A DNA stretch of 64,000 nt. It comes from Alphaproteobacteria bacterium. Its GTDB lineage: Bacteria > Pseudomonadota > Alphaproteobacteria > UBA7985. The notes beneath the pieces are model-generated. The model was not told where the DNA came from. It was given only the letters and a program-made list of their open reading frames with translations, and searched no databases. Shown in pieces: positions 19,145 to 28,428 of the stretch (position 1 is its first letter; every line of letters starts with the position of its first letter). A program made the position numbers and the translations under genes. The DNA lies in the NCBI GenBank assembly GCA_965662775.1, contig CBFIIW010000001.1:10515-74514 (forward strand), read 5' to 3'.

Positions 19145-20080
19145 CTAGGACGCCCGGCGGCGGGTTACCAGCGAGATACCGCTACCGATAATGACCAGCC
19201 CCACCAGATGATACCAGGCGAACACCTCCCCCAGCACCAACCAAGCAATCCCGCCTGAGAAAATGGGCATGAGATTGATAAAGACGCCTGCGCGATTGGA
19301 ACCGAGCAGTTTCACCCCTCTGTTCCAGAAATAAGCTGCAGCCAGCCCCGGACCCAGCGTAATGTAGGTTACGGCGGCGATCACCCCCGGTGTCAGATCG
19401 GTCAGCCCATTCTGTGTTACGTTCCAGATGAAGAAGGGTGAGAGAAACACAACACTGGCCGTCACGAGCACCCACAGAAACCCAAGGTCGGACAGCCCTT
19501 CGGGCCGCAATCGGATCAGTACGGTGAAGACCCCGTACATTACCACAGCGCCGAGCATCCAAAGTACGGACTCGGTCAGGTCCAACCCGAGGAGATGAGC
19601 CGGTTGCCCGGCGGCGACCACCAGCAGCGCGCCAACGATGCAAACGCCGGTGCCCAGCGCCTGAAGCCAGCTTAATCGGTCGCGAAAGAGGATGAACCCC
19701 GCCGTCACCACCACTGCAGGCATCGTGGTTTGCAACACGGCCACTGTTGGCACAGGTCCGGCGGCAAGCGAGAAGTAAACAAAGCTAACGAACAAAGCAT
19801 GGCCCAGTATCCCGATCGCGGCCAGTGGCAGCCAGTGCCGACGCAAAAGCGTGAAGTCAGCGCGAATGGTTTCGCGCCGACCGGTGTGCCAGCTTATGGC
19901 AAAAAAGGCAGTGAGGATCAGAGTAGCGCTGAAGAACCGGAAAAATGATAGCTGAAATGGCGGGATATCCAGCTCACCGCCCGCAATACGGGCTGCCACA
20001 AAGTGGCCCGACCACAAAAGGACGGTCATCACACACAGCAAGGCACCATTCGACCAAATTAACCGTCCTATCTGCGTCAT
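19145..20080 (-). CDS. DMT-superfamily (EamA-like) transporter
   Basis: 311 aa with 10 predicted TM segments and duplicated EamA-like halves. Confidence 0.75.
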   Translation of the reverse strand: MTQIGRLIWSNGALLCVMTVLLWSGHFVAARIAGGELDIPPFQLSFFRFFSATLILTAFFAISWHTGRRETIRADFTLLRRHWLPLAAIGILGHALFVSFVYFSLAAGPVPTVAVLQTTMPAVVVTAGFILFRDRLSWLQALGTGVCIVGALLVVAAGQPAHLLGLDLTESVLWMLGAVVMYGVFTVLIRLRPEGLSDLGFLWVLVTASVVFLSPFFIWNVTQNGLTDLTPGVIAAVTYITLGPGLAAAYFWNRGVKLLGSNRAGVFINLMPIFSGGIAWLVLGEVFAWYHLVGLVIIGSGISLVTRRRAS

Positions 20081-20160
20081 CTAAGCCTACCTGGTCCCCT
20101 ACGTTTACAGTACATCCAGGCTGACATAGCTTGAGACGTAGCGAAAGAAAGCATCGACAC

Positions 20161-20880
20161 ATGACAGCGCCCCTCCGTCTTACCCTCGACCTGTTTGCAG
20201 ATCCAATCTGCCCCTGGTGCTTTATTGGCAAGCGAAATCTTGAGCGGGCGCTTGCCACCTATGAGGGCCCGAAACTGGACTGCAAAATCAGCTGGCGGAC
20301 GTTCATGCTCAATCCTGGAATGCCGCCCGAGGGCATGAATCGAGGAGCCTATCTGGAGGCCAAATTCGGTGGGGCGGAGAATGCCGGAGCTGTTTATGGT
20401 CGCATCCGGCAGGCGGGACTGGCGGCCGGGCTCGAATTCAGCTTTGAAAAGATCACGCGGACGCCGTCGACTCGCGCAGCTCACCGGGCGGTAAGGTACG
20501 TTCAGGAAACCGGCAAATACGCGCAGACCGCGGCTTATGTCGAAGCCCTGTTCTGCGCTTATTTCTTCGATGGTCAGGATATCGGTCGCCTCGAAGTGCT
20601 TGCTGATGTCGGTGCCAGTGTGGGGGTCGGTGCAGGCGATCTGTGGACCATGTTCGATTCTGAGGCCTACATTCAGGAGATTAATGCCGAAGACGTTCAT
20701 GCGCGGGAGATGGGGATGGGCGGCGTCCCGGGGTTTATCCTGAACCGGCAGTTCTTCCTCTCCGGTGCTCAGCCGGTTGCGGCGTTTCACAAGTTGTTTG
20801 ACCTGATACAAACCGGCGAGCACCTGGCGCCGCAGACCGGTGATGGGGCGGCTGTCGCGACGGGTGTGGCGCGCGACTGA
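20161..20880 (+). CDS. DsbA-family dithiol oxidoreductase (FrnE-like)
   Basis: The N-terminus LTLDLFADPICPWCFIGKRNLE carries a CPWC thioredoxin-fold motif and resembles FrnE/2-hydroxychromene-2-carboxylate isomerase. Confidence 0.75.
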   Translation: MTAPLRLTLDLFADPICPWCFIGKRNLERALATYEGPKLDCKISWRTFMLNPGMPPEGMNRGAYLEAKFGGAENAGAVYGRIRQAGLAAGLEFSFEKITRTPSTRAAHRAVRYVQETGKYAQTAAYVEALFCAYFFDGQDIGRLEVLADVGASVGVGAGDLWTMFDSEAYIQEINAEDVHAREMGMGGVPGFILNRQFFLSGAQPVAAFHKLFDLIQTGEHLAPQTGDGAAVATGVARD

Positions 20881-21510
20881 AAGAGCCGTGTTCATGGTCA
20901 ATAGAGCAGGGACTCGAGTTCAAAGCCGACGGTCTAAGCTCATTTATCTGATGATTCTACGCTTCGTTCGTTGCATTATCCGCCGTGAGTGTACGTTTCC
21001 AAACGGTGGTTCGGGATCAAATTATTGGCGCGAAAGCGGAAATTGCGACGAGACCCGATCTCTGGACCGGCGCGTTTTGTCTGCCGACACACGGCGGGCA
21101 GAGGCTTCGACTTTCTTGGCTTTCAGTCCAGTGGGATCCCTGTCTGATTGGGAAAAGCTTACCGCTGGAGCTCGTGTCTGTGGATATGTGGACTGATATT
21201 CAGGGCTTTCAGCGCCTGCCTTTCCACCCCAAATCACGGGATGCTAGTCGAATGAAGATACTGCCTCTCTATGCAAGTCCCTGAAAGGGCGCATAATTTT
21301 GCCACAGGTTGTGCACGATTTTGGTGTTTAAGCGGCGTTGACGCAAAGTTGTGAAAAACAGTTTGGTTGCGGCAATCCGGACTTGCGAGCCGATGGTTCG
21401 CTTCGTACATCAAAAGAAACAGGGTTGCCTGGTTGGTCCGGCAAAGCGCAGTTGCGCTAATCGATTTGCTATTGCCAGCGTGCTGACCCGACTGGGCTTG
21501 GAGAGCGAAC

Positions 21511-22146
21511 ATGATGAAAACTGCTGGAATTGCGCTGGTCTGCGCTGTGGCGCTGAGTGGCTGTGCGGCCCTCGACACCAGCGAACTTGAAGCCGCGGGA
21601 TTTGATGTGACCGCCTCTGCTGAAAGTATCGCGAAGGAAGAAAAGTGCGCCTACCTGCATGAGTCTACCCCCGTGGTCGTTCGGGATAGTTCGGGAGACC
21701 CGATCTTTGCAGGCAGTGCAAGCTGTGAAGGAGCATTGGCTGTCGCAGAAGAACGCTCGACAGTGACCTACACAGGGTCAACATATACCTCGAGGGCGCC
21801 GGTTCAGGTGGCAAGCATTTCCGGGGACGTTGCCTTTGATGTCGATAGTGCAGTGATCAAGCCGTCATTCTACACCACGTTGGACAAAATGGCAGAGCAG
21901 ATCAATCAACGCTCCGCCGATGCGCGCTATACCATTGTTGGTCATACGGATTCCGATGCCAGTAACGAATATAACCAGGCCCTTTCTGAGCGCCGGGCGC
22001 GAGCAGTTGCTGGGTATCTGATTTCCAAAGGGGTGGCGTCGGCTCAGCTATCAGTACTGGGGCTGGGTGAAACGCGTCCAATCGCTTCCAACAACACTGA
22101 GGAAGGCAAGGCTCAGAACCGGCGAGTGGAAATCTATCAGTCCTGA
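21511..22146 (+). CDS. OmpA-family lipoprotein
   Basis: Lipobox ALSGC. The C-terminal OmpA domain reads ...YTIVGHTDSDASNEYNQALSERRARAVAGYL...NRRVEI. Confidence 0.8.
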   Translation: MMKTAGIALVCAVALSGCAALDTSELEAAGFDVTASAESIAKEEKCAYLHESTPVVVRDSSGDPIFAGSASCEGALAVAEERSTVTYTGSTYTSRAPVQVASISGDVAFDVDSAVIKPSFYTTLDKMAEQINQRSADARYTIVGHTDSDASNEYNQALSERRARAVAGYLISKGVASAQLSVLGLGETRPIASNNTEEGKAQNRRVEIYQS

Positions 22147-22179
22147 TCGACGCGCCTTTTGGGGCGGATCATTGGAACA

Positions 22180-23220
22180 CTAAGTGAAGCGGTCCAGGGT
22201 CTCCTGGGCCGCTTTTTTCATGGTGGCAGCGCTGAGGTCGTCCAGCGCCAACGGTTCCCCCTGATCCCAACCATAAGCAGAGGCCGAGCCAGCGTAGGCG
22301 GGGTCATAGTGCTGTTCCAGTAAGACGCGGATCAGACCTGGCCAGTCACGCTCGTCCAACAGCTCCAACCAACACCGAATGATACGATGACCATGACGAT
22401 AGGCCAGACGTTCTAAACGATCACGGATGGCTTCGGGGTGATCAAACCAGGGCGCATAGTCAGACAGCGAGTGCGCCACGCGGGCCTCCAGCGGCACGTG
22501 CAGCCGGATGCATTCCGACCCTCGCAGGGCTTGATGCAAATGCTGCGGGACAAACAGTTCGCCGATCTTGGGCGATTCCGATTCAACCCAAACCGGTTGT
22601 TCGGGGTCAAAGCTGCGTAAGGCATCGGCAAGCCGACTATCGAACTCACGCGGCGAGGGCTGGCTCTCGCCCGGTGTTAGGCCGAACATAGAGCCCTTAT
22701 GGTTGGCCAGCCCTTCAAGGTCGAGCACCTGTCCGCCAGCCTCAGCTAGTGCCGTCAGAAAGCGCGTCTTTCCCGTCCCGGTCTGGCCAGCGACAATCCG
22801 AAACCGAAAGCGTGCCGGATCGGTCTGCAATTGGGCCAACACGTCCCTGCGATAACGTTTGTAGCCACCATCGAGTGTGTGAGGCCGAAAGCCGATCTCT
22901 GCCAGTACAAGCGCGACGGACCCCGAACGCTGACCGCCACGCCAGCAGTATACCAGCGGACGGAAACCGCCGGGTTTGTCCATGAAAAATGTCTCTATGT
23001 GTGCGGCTAGATTGCGTGAAATCAGGGCCGCCCCGACCTTCCGTGCTTCGAAGGCGGAGTGTTGCTTATACAGCGTACCAACATGAGCACGCTCTTTGTC
23101 GCTGAGCGCAGGCAGAGAGACAGCACCCGGGATGTGGTCGTCCGCGTACTCGGCCGGTGATCGGACATCGACCACGGCATCAAAGGACTGACGCCAGTCA
23201 GTGATGCGGGTCACGCCCAT
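22180..23220 (-). CDS. mnmH: tRNA 2-selenouridine synthase (rhodanese + P-loop domains)
   Basis: Rhodanese active-site motif CWRGGQRSGS and P-loop GQTGTGKT. Length 346 aa. Confidence 0.85.
   Translation of the reverse strand: MGVTRITDWRQSFDAVVDVRSPAEYADDHIPGAVSLPALSDKERAHVGTLYKQHSAFEARKVGAALISRNLAAHIETFFMDKPGGFRPLVYCWRGGQRSGSVALVLAEIGFRPHTLDGGYKRYRRDVLAQLQTDPARFRFRIVAGQTGTGKTRFLTALAEAGGQVLDLEGLANHKGSMFGLTPGESQPSPREFDSRLADALRSFDPEQPVWVESESPKIGELFVPQHLHQALRGSECIRLHVPLEARVAHSLSDYAPWFDHPEAIRDRLERLAYRHGHRIIRCWLELLDERDWPGLIRVLLEQHYDPAYAGSASAYGWDQGEPLALDDLSAATMKKAAQETLDRFT
22190..22219 (+). terminator. rho-independent terminator for ompA-family gene, embedded in the 3' coding end of the convergent mnmH
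   Basis: A 10-bp stem gcggtccagg/cctgggccgc with one G:U pair and loop gtct, followed by tttttt. Confidence 0.6.
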
Positions 23221-25466
23221 GGACCGGATACCTCCACCTGTGCGCCGTCCGGGAGGACTGAAGCGGGGATGAGGGTTCCAATATGTGCCGCTTTGACGAC
23301 ACCGGCAGCGCGCAAGGCCGTGAGCGCTGCCTCTCCCTGTTCAGGTGGCAGAGAGACAAGCAGTCCACCGCTGGTTTGTGGATCGTGCAGAATCGCGCTC
23401 AAAGTATCGGGGAGATATCTGGCAGCCCGAGCCTGCATTGTGACCTTGCCTTCGGTCGCGCGCTGATTGCCTGCAAGGATGCTGGGCCGAACGCCAGCTG
23501 TGAAGGCGTCCTGAGCACCGTCAAGCAGCGGGAGAGCTGAGGTAAAGAGCCTCGCCGCGAGCTTGCTCGACGGCTCTTCGTGCTGGGTGGCGCTCAATTC
23601 GGCGAGCAAGTGTCCGAGTAGGCCAAACCCCGTTACGTCTGTGCGCAGTCCAGAAGCGAAGTCAGCGAGCACGCTGGCGGCAGCGGCATTGTCCTGCTGG
23701 CAATGATCGAAGGCGTCCTGCACGGCCTGTGGTGATACTCGACCGAGCATTCTACCCGCCAGGATTAACCCGACCCCGAGCGGCTTGGTCAGTATCAAGC
23801 TGTCACCGATTTGGGGCGGCCGCGAGGTGGGGTTGGTTGCTGTCTTTGCAAAGGCCGGTATTTCGCCGACCACGGTGACGGCGGCACTGAGTTCAGCGCC
23901 TTCGGCCGTGTGACCACCGACAACCGGCACCCCGAGACTTTCCAGCCCGGCTTGCACCTGTTCCAGATCCCGTCCCAACGGTGCCTGTTGGGCGAAGGGC
24001 AGGGTAAGGGCGGCGAGCATGCGCGGTTTGATGGCGCCGGCTGCGTGAAGGTCAGAGAGCGCGTGGATTCCCGCGACCCGCCCGAATAGGTACGGGTCGT
24101 CAAAGCCATCACGCAGCAAGTCGACGCTGGCCACATCGGTCCGGTTGAGCAACGCGACGTCACCGGCCGTGCTGCGTTGTCCGAGTTTTGCTTGGAGCAC
24201 GTCAGGGCCGACTTTGCCGCCACAGCCCGCACAGCGCTGCGTGTCCGGCGAAGCTTCCATCTTTGCGACCATCGCCTTGCCAAATTCGTTGTAAGTCTCC
24301 AGCCAGCGCCGGTCGATCCGGTCCTTGAGCCTGTACAACCCGCGGGCTGGAAAGCCGAGACTGAGCCTGCCCCAGATCGCCAGCGCTCTTCCAGTGCCAT
24401 CACCGATGAGCTGCAGTCCACGCTGCTGCATCCGAATCCGCCTTAGGGGGCGACGCTCCACCACGCGGCGCAGATTTTCAGCAAGACCCGGCCCAGCCCG
24501 GACGGAAAAAACGCCAGCCTTTTCTCGTGGGAAGGCAGCGTAGTCGGCACAGTCGCCGGCGGCGAAAACAGCTGGATGTGAGGTGGAGCGCAAATTAGCA
24601 TCAACGGTGACAAACCCACTGCTATCGGTTGCAAGGCCACTGCGTGCAAGCCAGTCGGGCGCGCGCGCTGGGGTCACGGCAAGCACTGAACTGGCTTCGA
24701 TAAACCCGCTTCGGGTTACGACGCCGGTTGCGGTCACTTCCAGCGCGGGTTGTTGCAGATGCAGGCGCACGCCGCGTGCGCGAAGTTCGGCTTGTGCCCA
24801 CCTTGCAGCGGCCGTGGGAAAGCGTGGGAGGAGCCGCGTTCCGCGGTGTAGCAGATCAATGCTGAGTTTTGGAAAGCGGGCAGAAAGCGCCATTGCCAGC
24901 TCGACTCCACCCGCGCCACCACCGATGATACACAGGCGCGCAGTGGGATCACCGGGGCCATCAAAGGAGCGCACGAAGCCCTCTAGCGGCTTCACCGGGG
25001 TGGCGAATGCTGCAGCCCCGGGGATGGTGTCCAGGTCAGGGGTGACACCGACGTTGACCGAAGCGCTGTCAAATCCAACCGGGGGCCGACCCCTCAAGCG
25101 AAAGGTGCCACCGATTGGGTCCAACCCCTCGATCTCAGCAACCAGCAGTCGATGTCCGCCGAGCGCGCACAAACGGTCCAGATTGACGGAGATGTCGGAG
25201 AGGCTGTAGCGACCGGCGATGTGACCCGGCATCATGCCAGAATAAATGGCTGTTCTGGTGCGGGAGATCAGTGTTACCCGAAGGCCGCGGACCGGGCGCA
25301 TGGCTAGCTTTCGCAGTACTTCCACGTGCGCATGTCCGCCTCCGGCGAGGACAAGATCGTGAACAATGGGTTGAATGGGCTGCAAAGGCTGGGCTACTTC
25401 GGATCGAACTGACTGCCCGGATCCTTGGCGCTCCATCGGAACAGGGGCGGGAGGAAGAAGGCCCAC
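23211..25466 (-). CDS. selD: fusion protein: FAD/NAD(P)-dependent pyridine nucleotide-disulfide oxidoreductase (N-terminal) :: selenide, water dikinase SelD (C-terminal, Cys-type)
   Basis: N-terminal VLAGGGHAHVEVL (Rossmann GxGxxH) and a second ...IIGGGAGGVE.... The C-terminal half carries the SelD/PurM-like motifs ...RCAGCGGKVGPDVL... (Cys, not Sec). There is a 10-bp overlap with mnmH. Confidence 0.85.
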   Translation of the reverse strand: MGLLPPAPVPMERQGSGQSVRSEVAQPLQPIQPIVHDLVLAGGGHAHVEVLRKLAMRPVRGLRVTLISRTRTAIYSGMMPGHIAGRYSLSDISVNLDRLCALGGHRLLVAEIEGLDPIGGTFRLRGRPPVGFDSASVNVGVTPDLDTIPGAAAFATPVKPLEGFVRSFDGPGDPTARLCIIGGGAGGVELAMALSARFPKLSIDLLHRGTRLLPRFPTAAARWAQAELRARGVRLHLQQPALEVTATGVVTRSGFIEASSVLAVTPARAPDWLARSGLATDSSGFVTVDANLRSTSHPAVFAAGDCADYAAFPREKAGVFSVRAGPGLAENLRRVVERRPLRRIRMQQRGLQLIGDGTGRALAIWGRLSLGFPARGLYRLKDRIDRRWLETYNEFGKAMVAKMEASPDTQRCAGCGGKVGPDVLQAKLGQRSTAGDVALLNRTDVASVDLLRDGFDDPYLFGRVAGIHALSDLHAAGAIKPRMLAALTLPFAQQAPLGRDLEQVQAGLESLGVPVVGGHTAEGAELSAAVTVVGEIPAFAKTATNPTSRPPQIGDSLILTKPLGVGLILAGRMLGRVSPQAVQDAFDHCQQDNAAAASVLADFASGLRTDVTGFGLLGHLLAELSATQHEEPSSKLAARLFTSALPLLDGAQDAFTAGVRPSILAGNQRATEGKVTMQARAARYLPDTLSAILHDPQTSGGLLVSLPPEQGEAALTALRAAGVVKAAHIGTLIPASVLPDGAQVEVSGPWA

Positions 25467-25612
25467 AGGATACCGGCGAGGAGGTAGAATGGGGTTTTAG
25501 CCAGCACCGGCCAGCCTGCTGGGATCAGCGACAGGGCCGTGAGCCCGGCCCAAATATAAAGGGGCAGACCGATCAGGATGATCAGGACGAGTATGATGGT
25601 TCTCCAACGCAT
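25394..25612 (-). CDS. possible small membrane protein (2 TM)
   Basis: 72 aa, MRWRTIILVLIILIGLPLYIWAGLTALSLIPAGWPVLAKTPFYLLAGILWAFFL.... It overlaps the most upstream possible selD start. It may be real if selD starts at an internal GTG or ATG. Confidence 0.3.
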   Translation of the reverse strand: MRWRTIILVLIILIGLPLYIWAGLTALSLIPAGWPVLAKTPFYLLAGILWAFFLPPLFRWSAKDPGSQFDPK

Positions 25613-25627
25613 AGGAGTGAATTAGCC

Positions 25628-26617
25628 TTGGACGCTAGTGCTGCCAAGCCGTTTGACGCGGAAGCAGACATCATTGCCTGGTGCGCCGACCGTGGTTTGC
25701 CGGTGCAGGTGCTGGAATCGATGCCTGATGGCGCGCTCAACCTGCATTGGTTACTGCGGCACACCGGAACAGGGGAGGAGCTTGTTTTTCGCTGCCGGGC
25801 CAAAGGTCACTGGCTCACTGAAGGCTTCGACGCTGAAGCACGCGCGATGGTGCTTGCCGCACGGGCGGGCTTGATGGTGGCTGAGGTTCGCGCGGTTGGT
25901 GCGCGAGCGATGGTAACCACCAAGGTGAAGGGCACGGCCGATCGGCAGGTGGTCATCGGCGCAGCAAGGGAGGAGGCTAAGGCTAAGGCTAAGGCTAAGG
26001 CTAAGGCTAAGGCAGGGGCAGGGATGCGTACCGAGGTAGAGGGCAGCTTTAGCGGGAGCGTGGTCTATCAACTACAGTGCCTTCGGCAGAACACGGTAGT
26101 TAGCGACACAGCACAGCTGGGTCCAGGCTGGCTGACAGCGGTGATTGACCGCTATATTGCGGCCCCGCAGGGCGGGCTTAGCCTGCTCGATGCGCCAAAC
26201 CGCGCGCGGGGCATAGCCCGTGCGGCCGAAGCGGCAGGATTGGGACGCGTCTGCCTGAACCACGGTGATTTTCGCACGGGAAACCTACTGGTTAGCGGCG
26301 GTCGATTGTGCGGTGTGCTCGACTGGGAATTTGCGGGCTATAGGCCGGAAGAAGCGGACATTGGTTGGATGCTGTCATCACCTTGGCGCTATGACCGTCC
26401 TGATCTCGAAGCTAGCGGGCTGATGAATCGACAGGCACTGATGTCCGCCGTGGGGCAGGCTCCCACGGCACGGCTGGCGAGGTGGGAGGGGCTGGCGCTT
26501 GTGCGATGGGCCGTGATTGCACGCCGGCAGGATCAGCGTCAGCAGGTGCCGCCGGGCACCAATGCGGATGAAGTGGCCCTGCTGGACGAAGCCGAGGCGC
26601 TTGTTAGTGCTGCCTAG
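25628..26617 (+). CDS. phosphotransferase-family kinase (APH-like); start codon uncertain
   Basis: Brenner/APH motif ...CLNHGDFRTGNLLV...GVLDWEFAGY.... The longer ORF from 25271 would run antisense through selD, so a downstream start (TTG at 25628 or later) is assumed. Confidence 0.65.
   Translation: MDASAAKPFDAEADIIAWCADRGLPVQVLESMPDGALNLHWLLRHTGTGEELVFRCRAKGHWLTEGFDAEARAMVLAARAGLMVAEVRAVGARAMVTTKVKGTADRQVVIGAAREEAKAKAKAKAKAKAGAGMRTEVEGSFSGSVVYQLQCLRQNTVVSDTAQLGPGWLTAVIDRYIAAPQGGLSLLDAPNRARGIARAAEAAGLGRVCLNHGDFRTGNLLVSGGRLCGVLDWEFAGYRPEEADIGWMLSSPWRYDRPDLEASGLMNRQALMSAVGQAPTARLARWEGLALVRWAVIARRQDQRQQVPPGTNADEVALLDEAEALVSAA
25975..26010. repeat. (GCTAAG)6 perfect hexanucleotide microsatellite inside the kinase CDS, encoding (AK)6
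   Basis: Six exact gctaag units. They translate to AKAKAKAKAKAK in frame. Confidence 0.9.
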
Positions 26618-27234
26618 CTCTTGCCCTGGCTTCCCTCTTGGCTTTCAGCAAGGTAGCGTCCGAGTGGGAGGGCGGAGATGACCGACAACACCATGACGCC
26701 GACCACAATGAACAGCTTCAGTCGGCCATAGGGATCAAGCATTTCGTTTGCCGGGATACCAAGACTGTTGATGTAGAACCGCAATCCTTCATTCGCGACA
26801 GCGCCGATCACGAAGATACCGACATAGCGCCATGCCATGCTGTTCCAGGCCGTATCAGGGATCTCTCCGGGCATACGCTCAGCCAGTAGCAACTGGAATA
26901 GATTGCGCCCAGCGAGCAGAAATCCGCCAAAGACCCCGGCCAGACCAATCCACATGATGGTCGGCTTGGCCATGATGAAGTTTGGATCACCAGTGATGAT
27001 GGTGAGCACACCAAAAAAGGTAATCAGGATCGCAGAGACCAGTGGCAACCAGGGGGTTTTACGCTCTGCCAACCAAAGCCAGGCGACCGATACCACGCTG
27101 AGGACGATAAAAATCAGTAGCGCAAGCGTCTGGCCGCTGCCAAAGGAGGTTTCAACACCCTTTAGTAACCAGTTCAGGACAACCCAAATTAAGATGGGAC
27201 CGAGTTCAAGGGCGTTTTTCAGCATGGGGTTCAT
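26614..27234 (-). CDS. yciB: inner-membrane protein YciB (intracellular septation protein A family)
   Basis: The N-terminus MNPMLKNALELGPILIWVVLN matches the conserved YciB start. Five TM segments, 206 aa. Confidence 0.7.
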   Translation of the reverse strand: MNPMLKNALELGPILIWVVLNWLLKGVETSFGSGQTLALLIFIVLSVVSVAWLWLAERKTPWLPLVSAILITFFGVLTIITGDPNFIMAKPTIMWIGLAGVFGGFLLAGRNLFQLLLAERMPGEIPDTAWNSMAWRYVGIFVIGAVANEGLRFYINSLGIPANEMLDPYGRLKLFIVVGVMVLSVISALPLGRYLAESQEGSQGKS

Positions 27235-27318
27235 GAAGACACTGGCCTTATTTCGATGAGATTGTTAAGCGATCGCTGATGTCTAAAGTACGGACCGTCG
27301 CTGGTAGGATCAAGGTAC

Positions 27319-28305
27319 ATGCACACAAACCAACGAAGGATTACAGGCGTTGACGGTATATCGCTCTTTCTTTGTGTCTGGTCACCGGATGACATTGGCG
27401 AAAGGGCCGCGCCAAAAGGCGTGATCCAGTTTTTGCACGGGCAGGGTGAGTACGGGGGTCGCTATGCCCATCTGGCGGAGTTTTTGACCCGGCAAGGCTA
27501 TGTGCTCTATGTCGGTGATCACCGTGGCCATGGAAAGACGGTATATGAGCAGCCCGAGGGCGCCCGTGAAGAACACTGCATTCCCGGCCACATGGCCGAT
27601 GTCGACGGGTGGCAGAAGTGTCTGAATGACCATGAAATTGTTCGTCAGCTGATCCTCAACGAATACCCGGGTGTGCCGCTGATCATTGCCGGTCACTCAT
27701 TGGGTTCGATGATGGTTCAGGATATGCTGATCCAGGACAGTTCGCGCTGGGATCTGGCGATAATGATGTCCTCCCGCGGGGGGCGCCCAAACCTGTCTGA
27801 ACGGGCGCTTGAGCTGGTGGTCCTGTTTCAGTTTCTGATCAAAGGTGGGCGAAGCCCGGCAACTTGGACCGATTATCTGATTATGCAGTCCTTTGCGCGA
27901 CTTATTGGTGAGGGCGAGAACCGATCTGCCTGGACCAGCCGCGATCTGGAAGCAATTGCCGCTTACAACAATGATCCCATGATGAATTTCACCCCATCGG
28001 CCCGACACTGGTTCGATCATGCCAAGTTTCTCAAATCGCGCGCGAGGGTGACTAATATTGCGCGCGTTCGGGCCGACTTGCCAATCTTGCTGGTTGCGGG
28101 CTCTGATGATGCCATGGGCAAGAACGGGGATGCCGTGCGTGCGTTGGAGGCTGACTACCGCACCACCGGTAAGACTGATGTTAGCTGCATCATCTATCCG
28201 GGCATGCGTCACGAGTTGGTCAATGATCTGGGAAAAGAAGCGGTCTTCGATGACCTTCTCGATTGGCTCAATCGCAAGGTCGGGGAACTGTCGTCTGCGG
28301 TCTAA
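27319..28305 (+). CDS. alpha/beta hydrolase (lysophospholipase/monoacylglycerol lipase-like)
   Basis: Contains the HGxGE-like FLHGQGEYGGRY and the nucleophile elbow IAGHSLGSMM. Confidence 0.75.
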   Translation: MHTNQRRITGVDGISLFLCVWSPDDIGERAAPKGVIQFLHGQGEYGGRYAHLAEFLTRQGYVLYVGDHRGHGKTVYEQPEGAREEHCIPGHMADVDGWQKCLNDHEIVRQLILNEYPGVPLIIAGHSLGSMMVQDMLIQDSSRWDLAIMMSSRGGRPNLSERALELVVLFQFLIKGGRSPATWTDYLIMQSFARLIGEGENRSAWTSRDLEAIAAYNNDPMMNFTPSARHWFDHAKFLKSRARVTNIARVRADLPILLVAGSDDAMGKNGDAVRALEADYRTTGKTDVSCIIYPGMRHELVNDLGKEAVFDDLLDWLNRKVGELSSAV

Positions 28306-28428
28306 TCGCCCCATGCAAGCGACTAGCATTCAGTCGCTGTCAGCCTTGCGATGTTGCAATATTGGCAAGCCATCGAAATAGACCTATCCTTACTCGGTAT
28401 CTGATTTCAAAATGATTGGTGAAGCCCG

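Noticed and set aside
25271-25627. N-terminal 120 codons of the 448-aa kinase ORF
   Set aside because: This portion overlaps selD on the opposite strand and shows no kinase-like sequence. A downstream start is more plausible.
28306-28428. Hairpin agcgact-agcattc-agtcgct after the hydrolase gene
   Set aside because: The stem is only 7 bp and AT/GC-mixed, with no following T-run. This is insufficient to call a terminator.
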